The notes under the pieces are model-generated. The model did not search any database, was not told the DNA's origin, and worked only from the letters and a program-made list of their open reading frames with translations. The position numbers were made by a program, and so were the translations under genes. A stretch of 45,536 bases of DNA from a virus (lineage: Duplodnaviria > Caudoviricetes): IMG/VR virus record IMGVR_UViG_3300043394_000603, positions 1 to 45,536 of that record; one strand, written 5' to 3'. Position 1 is the stretch's first letter, and the number at the start of each line of letters is the position of its first letter. Positions 35,698 through 43,186 of the stretch are shown in pieces.

Positions 35698-36206
35698 TAA
35701 TATTCTTGTTTTTTATATCCACTGACAATTCCCTCAAGCTGCACAACAAATTCGCTCGCGTCAAGACGAAGATCAATTAAATCCTGAATTCGGCTTGATA
35801 TATAAAGAACCGCATCCCTGTTTTTTCGGGCGTCTTCAAGTATGGCGTAATAATATTCAAGAACAGCGTTGCCTCCTCCAGTGTATTGCAAAAATCGTGA
35901 AGGGTCGCCGCCAGCATTTTCCAACTCCTTCCGCAATTCAAGCTCGGCGCGAACCGTCATAATATCAATCGGCACACCTTTTTGGGCCAAGCTTAATGCT
36001 GCCAAAAATATTAATTTGTGATCCCTAAAGAAAAAATGAGCCTCGGTAAGAGGAACCACCGTTGGGCTTGCGCCTGTTAAAAGACAGGCTATCACAGCCT
36101 TCTCAGCCGTTTCGTTTTTTGGTACAGACGGATTGAAACTCGGAGGAGGGGGTTCCCAGTTTTTCCGCATGGCCAAATTTTCCGTTTTGTTTAATTTTTT
36201 AACCAT
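35697..36206 (-). CDS. stand-alone DnaB helicase N-terminal domain protein
   Basis: P.NETAEKAVIACLL...L...HF...H..IF...G.PID..TV..EL...L...GG; no ATPase domain follows. Confidence 0.8.
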   Translation of the reverse strand: MVKKLNKTENLAMRKNWEPPPPSFNPSVPKNETAEKAVIACLLTGASPTVVPLTEAHFFFRDHKLIFLAALSLAQKGVPIDIMTVRAELELRKELENAGGDPSRFLQYTGGGNAVLEYYYAILEDARKNRDAVLYISSRIQDLIDLRLDASEFVVQLEGIVSGYKKQEY

Positions 36207-36439
36207 TACTGTTTTTTCAAGCTTTTGTCGGCCCAAACCTTGATGGCGCGAATAAATTCCACGGACGGCTCTTGAATCAACGAATCAAGCCAATCTTGCG
36301 TAGAAGAAGATATTTCCTCTAACGCCTGTTTGTAGTGGTCTCTTTCTTTTTCTGCTTTTTGCAAAAGCATTTCGTTGAGTGCTGAAGCCACTTCACCCTG
36401 ACTGTTGGGATAAACCCTGCCAACGGCAATATCGCTCAT
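36206..36439 (-). CDS. hypothetical protein
   Basis: Coupled ORF. Confidence 0.6.
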   Translation of the reverse strand: MSDIAVGRVYPNSQGEVASALNEMLLQKAEKERDHYKQALEEISSSTQDWLDSLIQEPSVEFIRAIKVWADKSLKKQ

Positions 36440-36915
36440 TTGATGATTCCCTCCTTGCGAGCCATTGCTTCAACCTGACTGACGTATTCGCGGGTGCAAT
36501 TTAACATTTTTCCAATAGCCTCAAGCTCCAAGTCTGGTGTGGCCAGTATTTGTGCTAACACCTTGAAAGATCGGGTTCCTTCTAAGACTCGCGAGCGCGT
36601 GTTGGGCTTGCGGCCAACAAGAATCCCGTGGGTTTTTAGCGATCTTTTAACCTTGGCATAACTGCAATTGCAAATTTTAGCTAGTTCATTTGAGCTAACC
36701 CAACCATTGGTAAGGAGCGATTCCAATTTTTCTTTAGGGATAAGAAGCCTTGCTGGGTCGGGTTTTGCTGGGGAAATTTTGTTTCGGCGCAAAATCGCCC
36801 TAATCGTCCCCTCCTTGACTCCATATTTTTGATTAAGTTGTTTTACATCAAGTGCGTGCGAATCTTGAAGGATTGCCGCAATAACGTTGGATTCTGTGTG
36901 TTTTTTAGCTGTCAT
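36436..36915 (-). CDS. multi-HTH DNA-binding protein
   Basis: Three HTH-like segments (KYGVKEGTIRAILR, ELAKICNCSYAKVKR, IGKMLNCTREYVSQV). Confidence 0.7.
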   Translation of the reverse strand: MTAKKHTESNVIAAILQDSHALDVKQLNQKYGVKEGTIRAILRRNKISPAKPDPARLLIPKEKLESLLTNGWVSSNELAKICNCSYAKVKRSLKTHGILVGRKPNTRSRVLEGTRSFKVLAQILATPDLELEAIGKMLNCTREYVSQVEAMARKEGIIK

Positions 36916-36923
36916 AGGCAAGA

Positions 36924-36952
36924 TTAGACACGATTAGGCCGCTGGCGTTCAA
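36924..36952 (-). promoter_or_regulatory. ECF-sigma-like promoter TTGAAC-N17-GTCTAA
   Basis: Exact spacing; ATG 36915 follows. Confidence 0.75.
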
Positions 36953-36993
36953 TTCAAATAAGCAGTTTTTTTTCATAACGAAATATTTTTTGT

Positions 36994-37022
36994 TTGAACG
37001 TTTTGCGCGATCATGGTGTCTT
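36994..37022 (+). promoter_or_regulatory. variant ECF-like promoter TTGAAC-N18-GTCTT upstream of the structured RNA
   Basis: Back-to-back with the 36924-36952 copy; 18-nt spacer. Confidence 0.5.
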
Positions 37023-37024
37023 TA

Positions 37025-37420
37025 GCTAACTGCCAATGGTGGGGCTTTCATATGCCACCAGAACCCAAGTCGTAGGTATGCAAGGATAAAACCGCCGACC
37101 GCTTGGCAAATCCGCCCCAAGAAACGATTGAGATAGCCACCTTGGGAATTCATCAGGTGATGATAAAGTGCCAGACTTGTTCTGGGAGATGCGTTCACTA
37201 GCCATCGGTCATAGATTGGCAACCTCGGAGCCGTAGTGAACAAGGCACAACTAACCATGCGCGAAAACGTCAGGGATAGGTTGTTCAGCCATATCTTTAG
37301 CCCCTTCGCAGGGGCGAGATGTGGGCAAACTCCCATCGCTCTTCCGTAGGGATAGCGTTGATCACATATCGACTTATAGCCATTTATAAACTAAATCCAT
37401 TAGAAACAGCTATAATTTTC
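37025..37420 (+). ncRNA. putative roughly 400-nt structured non-coding RNA
   Basis: No credible ORF; helices TGGTGG/CCACCA, GTGCC/GGCAC enclosing GTTCACTA/TAGTGAAC, CCATATCT/AGATGTGG enclosing GCCCCT/AGGGGC, TTATAGC/GCTATAA. Confidence 0.55.
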
Positions 37421-37441
37421 CGAAATAAATAAAAAAATAAT

Positions 37442-37469
37442 TTGAACATTTCTTAAAAATGTGAGTCTA
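37442..37469 (+). promoter_or_regulatory. ECF-sigma-like promoter TTGAAC-N17-GTCTA driving the tRNA/ncRNA cluster
   Basis: Exact spacing; about 37 nt upstream of the tRNA. Confidence 0.7.
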
Positions 37470-37506
37470 TACATACATAGCAGTTTAGGTTCTTTTACAA
37501 TTTTAT

Positions 37507-37579
37507 TGCGGGATAGAATTCTGGTGAATTCAAATGTCTCATAAGCATTTCTAGGCGAGTTCGATTCTCGCTCCCGCTA
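37507..37579 (+). tRNA. tRNA-Met(CAU), initiator-like
   Basis: TGCGGGA/TCCCGCT acceptor (U1:U72 mismatch), CTCATAA loop, GCGAG-TTCGATT-CTCGC T arm, A73. Confidence 0.88.
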
Positions 37580-37640
37580 TTTTTACCCCGCACGTTTCGA
37601 TGCGCGTCTTCATGACGCGGGAATAAACGACAAGGGGTTT

Positions 37641-37722
37641 GCTACGGTCATTGAGGGGTCTGTAATTGAGGTTGGACATTACGCTTCACCGAAGGCAGAC
37701 AGCGACCTGAGCCGTAGCACCA
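37641..37722 (+). ncRNA. 82-nt tRNA-like RNA with 7-bp acceptor stem and ACCA end
   Basis: GCTACGG...CCGTAGC-A-CCA followed by a T run; no canonical T loop. Confidence 0.5.
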
Positions 37723-37724
37723 TT

Positions 37725-38150
37725 TTTTTCACGTTCCTGTGTCGGACGAAGTATTCGCAGAACGCAGATTGGGAACTCCCGACGAGCAAGTATCCGTAGA
37801 AAAGTGCGAAAGGACATCAACACGGATAGCCGCGCCAGCAACCAACTTGTTTGGAAAAAAGCGGACTTTCGCAGCGTGAAAGAAGTTTTTGGCTGGGCGC
37901 AGGGTTTCGCAAAAACCCACCCGCGCCGATGCGATGATGCTCTGTGTGGCCACACAACATCTAGCTCGGAAGAAAGTCCCCAAGGACATCCAGCCATAAT
38001 TTTGTTGGGCAGCGTGACAACTTCACGGCCAGTTTCAGCCCTCTACATCCTCGTGATGAATGGCGTCTGGCGGGATGGGCGGTGTATGATCACCCTAGAC
38101 TCCCGAAAGCCCCGCGTTGAAAAGGAGAGGCGCACTCCGTCCCCAACAAA
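37725..38150 (+). ncRNA. putative structured non-coding RNA(s)
   Basis: GC-rich; helices TTTCACGT/GCGTGAAA, GTCGG/CCGAC, TATCCGT/ACGGATA, GGCGC-GGG/CCC-GCGCC, GGGATGG/CCGTCCC; ends before a T run. Confidence 0.5.
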
Positions 38151-38162
38151 TTTTTTTAAATA

Positions 38163-38190
38163 TTGAACGATTCTTACTGAATGGTGTCTA
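38163..38190 (+). promoter_or_regulatory. ECF-sigma-like promoter TTGAAC-N17-GTCTA
   Basis: Exact spacing; ATG 38200 follows. Confidence 0.75.
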
Positions 38191-38199
38191 TTTTACTCT

Positions 38200-38505
38200 A
38201 TGGTAAAAATATCTTTAATGGCAAAAATTGTTCCAATAATCTTAATTTTCTCTGTCGGACACGCTGAAGAAATTAGTTTTACGGGATACGCGTTTGACAC
38301 CCAAAACGGAAACGTAAGCGTAATAAACGGAAGTTTCACGCAAGATACAATAAAAAAACAAGAAAAAATAAGCTCCGACTATCGCAAAATGAACGATGAG
38401 GTTGAAGCATCAATTAAAGAAACGCGCCGTCAAATTGAAGCGGCAAACCAACTTTTTGAGTTGCAAAAACAAACGGAGCTTTTGGAAAAAATTTTTCAAA
38501 AATGA
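38200..38505 (+). CDS. putative exported protein with C-terminal coiled coil
   Basis: Signal-peptide-like N-terminus (IVPIILIFSVGHA-EE). Confidence 0.65.
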   Translation: MVKISLMAKIVPIILIFSVGHAEEISFTGYAFDTQNGNVSVINGSFTQDTIKKQEKISSDYRKMNDEVEASIKETRRQIEAANQLFELQKQTELLEKIFQK

Positions 38506-39149
38506 GCAACTATCTTAATGTGAATATTCCGTTTTTCTTTGCATTCTTGGACACGGGATTCTTTTATGACCTTGAGCCAAATGTGACAAGAGAAAGAGTT
38601 GTTGTAGAGGTTTTCGCCTACACATCAATACCCCAAAGGTGCGGAATGTTTAGCGTTATGACCGAATACGGCTCTCAGCACGCCAGAGTTCCAATCCAGT
38701 ATCTCCACACAGACGAAACGGGTGGTAGCAACTACCCCTTGGACTGGATTCAGCTATGGGACTCTATGAGTTATTACTGCTCGGTTAACATTTTGGATTA
38801 CTGCAAAAACCGCGCAGCCAACATTATGTTGAAGAACAAGTCCTTTGAAAAAGCCCAATACATGTTTACCTTGGATTGGTGCTTGGGGCCACATTATACC
38901 TCTGGCTATGGAGAAATGGCAGCAGGACACAAGTGCGGTCATGTGTTTGCTGGAGACGGGCAATACTTTATCCAGCCAAACAATCGCGTGTTGTGGATGG
39001 ACGGCGGCTCATTTATTGCCAAGAAATTTGACGCCAAGCCAGACTGGAAAGTGTTTAGCCAAGAGTTTAGCTGTGAACACACTGGCAGCAAATGGGTAAG
39101 CGAAAGCGAGGAGGAGCTATGGTTTTACGACTTCAAAGAGCAGGGATAG
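38502..39149 (+). CDS. conserved aquatic-phage hypothetical protein
   Basis: YLNVNIP...ARVPI...QLWD...YMFTLDW...HKCGH...QPNNR motifs. Confidence 0.8.
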   Translation: MSNYLNVNIPFFFAFLDTGFFYDLEPNVTRERVVVEVFAYTSIPQRCGMFSVMTEYGSQHARVPIQYLHTDETGGSNYPLDWIQLWDSMSYYCSVNILDYCKNRAANIMLKNKSFEKAQYMFTLDWCLGPHYTSGYGEMAAGHKCGHVFAGDGQYFIQPNNRVLWMDGGSFIAKKFDAKPDWKVFSQEFSCEHTGSKWVSESEEELWFYDFKEQG

Positions 39150-39406
39150 GACTAGCAATACTTATTGCTAATGGTTGCGTTTCTTATCCGCGACCCTATC
39201 CTTGGAACTTTCCCCCAGCCCATGAATGGAACGCGCCACTTGAAACCAGTTGGGTCAATCTTGTTGACAACTGGCGAAAGGTAACAACTCCAAGCAAAAA
39301 GGTCTATTGCGAAATCACCAAGTCTTACCAGCCCGATTTTGGCTACGAGATAGAAAAACTCAAGGCTCTTGATCGGGATTTGGAAGAGCATGAACTATAT
39401 CAATAA
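39119..39406 (+). CDS. putative lipoprotein
   Basis: MVLRLQRAGIGLAILIANG-C lipobox-like N-terminus, Pro-rich after Cys. Confidence 0.55.
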   Translation: MVLRLQRAGIGLAILIANGCVSYPRPYPWNFPPAHEWNAPLETSWVNLVDNWRKVTTPSKKVYCEITKSYQPDFGYEIEKLKALDRDLEEHELYQ

Positions 39407-39698
39407 TCCAACCCAACCTCCTAGCATCCCTACCATTAGCATGAACCCAATCATGGCACTCACGACACAAAGCAGCAAAATATTCGTATTTACACAACCA
39501 TTGACCCACCCTGCCAGCCTTATGGTGTATGTCAGTGGATTTTTTGTTTTTGCAACGCTCGCATTGTGGATGGAGAGCAAGATACGCACCCTTTACCTTA
39601 TCATACTCACGATATTGCTTTGCGCGTTTTGGGGATGCTCCCCGCAACCTACCGCTGCGTTTAAGGGAAGTAAATCTGTTGAGACGGGTCTTTTTCAT
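39360..39698 (-). CDS. HNH endonuclease-like protein
   Basis: CERC...DIHH...LCRECHDWVH. Confidence 0.75.
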   Translation of the reverse strand: MKKTRLNRFTSLKRSGRLRGASPKRAKQYREYDKVKGAYLALHPQCERCKNKKSTDIHHKAGRVGQWLCKYEYFAALCRECHDWVHANGRDARRLGWIIDIVHALPNPDQEP

Positions 39699-39725
39699 TG
39701 AACGAAATTTGTGTTTGTGTGTCTA
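39698..39725 (+). promoter_or_regulatory. ECF-sigma-like promoter TTGAAC-N17-GTCTA
   Basis: Exact spacing; ATG 39734 follows. Confidence 0.75.
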
Positions 39726-39733
39726 TATAATAT

Positions 39734-39931
39734 ATGAATCCTTGGAAGAATTACAAAGAAGAAAAACCTTCTAAAGAGGGAATTTATCTCATATGCTGCA
39801 CAACTTCAAATCCTCCATATCAAGATGCGGCATATTACCACCCTCATTTTGGATGGAGCAGAACAGCACACATGCTTGAAACAATTATTGAATTCTGGAC
39901 AGAATATCCACCATGCCCAAATTCAAAGTAG
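39734..39931 (+). CDS. DUF551-like small phage protein
   Basis: W...EEKP..G.YL...W...I.FW..YP.P pattern. Confidence 0.65.
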   Translation: MNPWKNYKEEKPSKEGIYLICCTTSNPPYQDAAYYHPHFGWSRTAHMLETIIEFWTEYPPCPNSK

Positions 39932-40143
39932 TTCTTACGGTCATTAATGAAGATAGCGTTTCACCATTTGTTGTTGGGCCAAGATTTCGTCGTGGGTCTC
40001 CGTTGCCAATGGAAGACCTTGCGGCAAAAAGACAAGGATATTGGTTTGATCCAGAAACAGAATTGGAACTTGCGCGTGAGTGCGCTGACAGGTTTACAAA
40101 GTATCTAGATCAAGCAGAAAAAAGAAAAGGAAGAAACAAATGA
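39913..40143 (+). CDS. hypothetical protein
   Basis: ORF in run. Confidence 0.6.
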   Translation: MPKFKVVLTVINEDSVSPFVVGPRFRRGSPLPMEDLAAKRQGYWFDPETELELARECADRFTKYLDQAEKRKGRNK

Positions 40144-40322
40144 CGTTTATAGTTTGTTACGGAGAAAAAGTTGTCGAGCTTCACAAAGCGGGTCTTGACA
40201 AAGAAGAAGCAACACAAGAGGCAAAGTCCCTTATGGTTAAGGGATTTAAAAATGTGAGGGTTAGAGCAGAAGACCCCATCCACCCAACTTGGCCACTAAG
40301 CTTTGACATAAAGGATAAATGA
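40140..40322 (+). CDS. hypothetical protein
   Basis: ATGA-coupled on both sides. Confidence 0.6.
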   Translation: MTFIVCYGEKVVELHKAGLDKEEATQEAKSLMVKGFKNVRVRAEDPIHPTWPLSFDIKDK

Positions 40323-41293
40323 ACATTGTTTTCTCCTACCACGAAGGCGATTCCTTGCTCGCCCTAGAGTCAGCCAAGGCCATTGGTGCGTGTGGCATGA
40401 ATATGCGCCACAAGGCTACAATTTGTTGTGAGGAAAACACCCCGCTTATTCCCGAAATTACGAACGAGCTTAAACGGGTTTTTCCAGAAGTTAAAAGAAT
40501 TGTAGCTCAAGACGGGTTTAACGGCTGGCCTCTCGGCCCCAATCAAATGTTTGCCGAAGCTTCCACTTATTGCTATTCGTTTGATGAGCCTTGGATGTTT
40601 TGGGAACCAGATTGTGTTCCCATGATTCGGGGCTGGATTGACGAGCTAGAAAAAGAATTCAACAAGGACAAGGGCAAGATTATGGGCTGTCTGCTTGAGG
40701 GCGGGGTTGCCCCAAGTGGCAAAAATGTTTACCGTCTGATTGTTGGCAGTGCTGTCTATCCTTCAAAGTTTCTCAACGGATGCACCATTGCCGCAAATCT
40801 TTACAACTACAACCTTCGCTACCGTGACGCGGGTTCTAACCCAGAGCCTTGGGACGTGCGTTGCCGCTGGGAGTTTCTTCGCTTTGGCCGCAATACTGAC
40901 TTAATAAAAGCTTACTGGAAAAGCTGCAATTATCAGCGAAAAAATGGAGAAATTGTATTTTTTGCAGAAAGTCCAGACGCCCAAGACATTCAGGCTGTTA
41001 CCTGTCCAAGCAAAACCGTTGACCCGCGCGCTGTTGTTGTCCATGGATGCAAGGACGGCTCGCTCCATAAAATGATTCAGGAGGTACTTGCGATAACTTC
41101 GGGTTCCGAAAATTTAAAAAGGTTCCCGAAGCCAGTTTCGGCAACCCTTAAAACATCCAAATCCGATTTGAAACCCCAAAAAGAAAAAAAGAAACGCCGC
41201 GTCATTTCAGATGAGGAGCGTGAACGCCGCAGAAACCACATGAGAGAAATTTCCGCAAAAAGGCGTGAACGGATTGCAAAATCTGGTGTCTAA
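40319..41293 (+). CDS. putative GT-A glycosyltransferase-like protein with basic C-terminal tail
   Basis: GWPLGPNQMF, WMFWEPDCVP, GSAVYP, PWDV, VHGCKDGS. Confidence 0.6.
   Translation: MNIVFSYHEGDSLLALESAKAIGACGMNMRHKATICCEENTPLIPEITNELKRVFPEVKRIVAQDGFNGWPLGPNQMFAEASTYCYSFDEPWMFWEPDCVPMIRGWIDELEKEFNKDKGKIMGCLLEGGVAPSGKNVYRLIVGSAVYPSKFLNGCTIAANLYNYNLRYRDAGSNPEPWDVRCRWEFLRFGRNTDLIKAYWKSCNYQRKNGEIVFFAESPDAQDIQAVTCPSKTVDPRAVVVHGCKDGSLHKMIQEVLAITSGSENLKRFPKPVSATLKTSKSDLKPQKEKKKRRVISDEERERRRNHMREISAKRRERIAKSGV
41265..41293 (+). promoter_or_regulatory. ECF-sigma-like promoter GTGAAC-N17-GTCTAA
   Basis: Exact spacing; the -10 element includes the stop codon of the upstream gene; ATG 41302 follows. 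Confidence 0.7.
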
Positions 41294-41301
41294 CGCCACC
41301 T

Positions 41302-42642
41302 ATGCAAAATCAAGCGGTTTACGAACAGTCATCTGAAACAGCCATCCTCTCCTGCTTTCTTCATGCTCAGTTAAACGAGCAAAGGGAAATGCTGTCCTCT
41401 ATTAGAGAGGATCACTTTTACGTTTACGAGCACAGGCTTGTCTATCAAGCCATCGTTAAAACTGTTGGGCGCGGACTTCATGCGGATTACATCAACGTAA
41501 AAAGCGATCTTGAGGCCACTAATCGTCTTGAAGAAATTGGTGGTGATTCTGTACTTTTGGAGATTGCTGCATTTTGCCAATCTTCTCATAGCTGGCAGAG
41601 ATATTTTCCACCCCTTGAAGAGGCGCGTTATCGTCGCAGCTTGGAAAGCTTGGCATCCGACATGATCCATAAGGCAAGAGATCGCGACATGAAGTTGGAA
41701 GAGTTGAAGAACTGGTCGGAAACTTCTGTTATGAAGGCGGACTACATGATTGACGATTCAGAAAAGCTTTCTGTCAAAAGTGTTGTTGATCGAGCCTTGG
41801 ACAACATTGAATCAACAATGCGTGGTGAACCTAAAATTGGTTTGCGGACAGGAATGATACCGCTTGACGATCTGTTGATTTTTGGATTGCGCGGAGGAGA
41901 TATGGCGGTTATGGCCGCTCGCCCTGCTGTTGGTAAAACTAGCGCGGCAATGCAGATTGCAGAACATGTTGCTCTAGACCTTCAAAAGCGCGTGTTGATG
42001 TTTTCCTTGGAAATGACAAGCGTTAGCCTCATGGAGCGCATGATTCGTAGCCGCGCACGAGTCAGGGCAGCGGACATTCTTGCCCAGTCTATTACTAAGT
42101 ATCAGAGGGATGCTTTGGCGAATGCTTATGCCGAAGTCAGGGATTCACAAATTTTATGCGACGATTCCTCTGGAAAATCCATCGGCTACATCAAGGCCAT
42201 TGCCCGTCGAGCCCACCAAAAAGAACCGCTAGACCTTATCATTATTGACTACTTGCAGTTGGTTCGCGGAGACAGCAAAAGGGCCAAGGACAACCGCGTT
42301 AATGAAGTTGAAGAGATTAGTGGTGGGATCAAAGAGCTTGCCAAGACTCTTCGTGTTCCCGTTTTGGTTCTTGCTCAACTTAATCGAGATCCAGACAAGC
42401 GGGGCGGACGCCCAAGTCTTTCAGACCTAAAGGGTTCTGGAGCTATTGAACAAGATGCCGACATGGTGGTTATCCTCCACTGTGATGAAGAAGATGCAAA
42501 GAATCATACCCAACATCCCTCTGTGGAGTTTATTGTTGCCAAGCACAGGGAAGGCCCGACAGGAATTGCCCCAATGAGCTTCAACAAAGCTATTACCCGC
42601 TTTGAGCTTTCTTCCAGCAATAATCAGGAAAATTTAGATTAG
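41302..42642 (+). CDS. dnaB: replicative DNA helicase DnaB
   Basis: AARPAVGKT Walker A, FSLEM, IIIDYLQL, LAQLNR, SDLKGSGAIEQDAD, AKHREGP. Confidence 0.95.
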   Translation: MQNQAVYEQSSETAILSCFLHAQLNEQREMLSSIREDHFYVYEHRLVYQAIVKTVGRGLHADYINVKSDLEATNRLEEIGGDSVLLEIAAFCQSSHSWQRYFPPLEEARYRRSLESLASDMIHKARDRDMKLEELKNWSETSVMKADYMIDDSEKLSVKSVVDRALDNIESTMRGEPKIGLRTGMIPLDDLLIFGLRGGDMAVMAARPAVGKTSAAMQIAEHVALDLQKRVLMFSLEMTSVSLMERMIRSRARVRAADILAQSITKYQRDALANAYAEVRDSQILCDDSSGKSIGYIKAIARRAHQKEPLDLIIIDYLQLVRGDSKRAKDNRVNEVEEISGGIKELAKTLRVPVLVLAQLNRDPDKRGGRPSLSDLKGSGAIEQDADMVVILHCDEEDAKNHTQHPSVEFIVAKHREGPTGIAPMSFNKAITRFELSSSNNQENLD

Positions 42643-43186
42643 AGTCTTGTTGAACGGAAAGCGGCAAATGAACGCTAACTGCGTTAAAGCAGCCGCAAAT
42701 CCCACAAGCTTTAAGCTGGGGGTCGTAAGCGGTTTTTCTTGCGCCAGCAATAGCTGGAAGCATTCCAGCAATACCCTTACATCCCCAACAGCCTGAAGTA
42801 GAAACCTGAAGTGGACATTTCGCGCAAGTCTCGGCCCTTTTTTCGGCCTCTTCTTGTGTGACTAACTCAAATTTGTTGTGGGCGGCAAACTGGTACATCG
42901 CCTTAACCCAACGAACAATCTCGGAAAACCCAAGCCTTTGCTGGTTGCTTTTACTGCAAGGAGCGCAATTGGGATGGCCAGCCATCCGCTTGCACAGCAA
43001 GTCTTCAATTTGTCTGCTTAGATCGGGCGGTGGAACCTTTCCAAGGGCAATGGTTATTTTGTTGCAGTTGTTAACTAAGTCCCCCCAGTCTCCACCTTCA
43101 ACGCGTTGACCCTCCCACATAATCCACCAGCCCCCAGCAGGAACTCTGGTTTTGTGCTCGTAACAAAATTTTAATTCCTCACTCAT
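42593..43186 (-). CDS. Cys-rich putative zinc-binding protein
   Basis: CAKCP...CWGC...CGICGC...CW; start MSEELK overlapping the upstream gene end. Confidence 0.7.
   Translation of the reverse strand: MSEELKFCYEHKTRVPAGGWWIMWEGQRVEGGDWGDLVNNCNKITIALGKVPPPDLSRQIEDLLCKRMAGHPNCAPCSKSNQQRLGFSEIVRWVKAMYQFAAHNKFELVTQEEAEKRAETCAKCPLQVSTSGCWGCKGIAGMLPAIAGARKTAYDPQLKACGICGCFNAVSVHLPLSVQQDSNLNFPDYCWKKAQSG

Noticed and set aside
37968-37990. GAAGAAAGTCC resembling the RNase P GAGGAAAGUCC motif
   Set aside because: One mismatch, and no matching 3' P4 strand (ACAGAA...GCUUA) found downstream
37022-38166. ORFs 37022..37336, 37686..37997, 37729..37989 and 37804..38166
   Set aside because: No recognisable motifs, atypical composition, non-standard start contexts; dense base-pairing better explains the region
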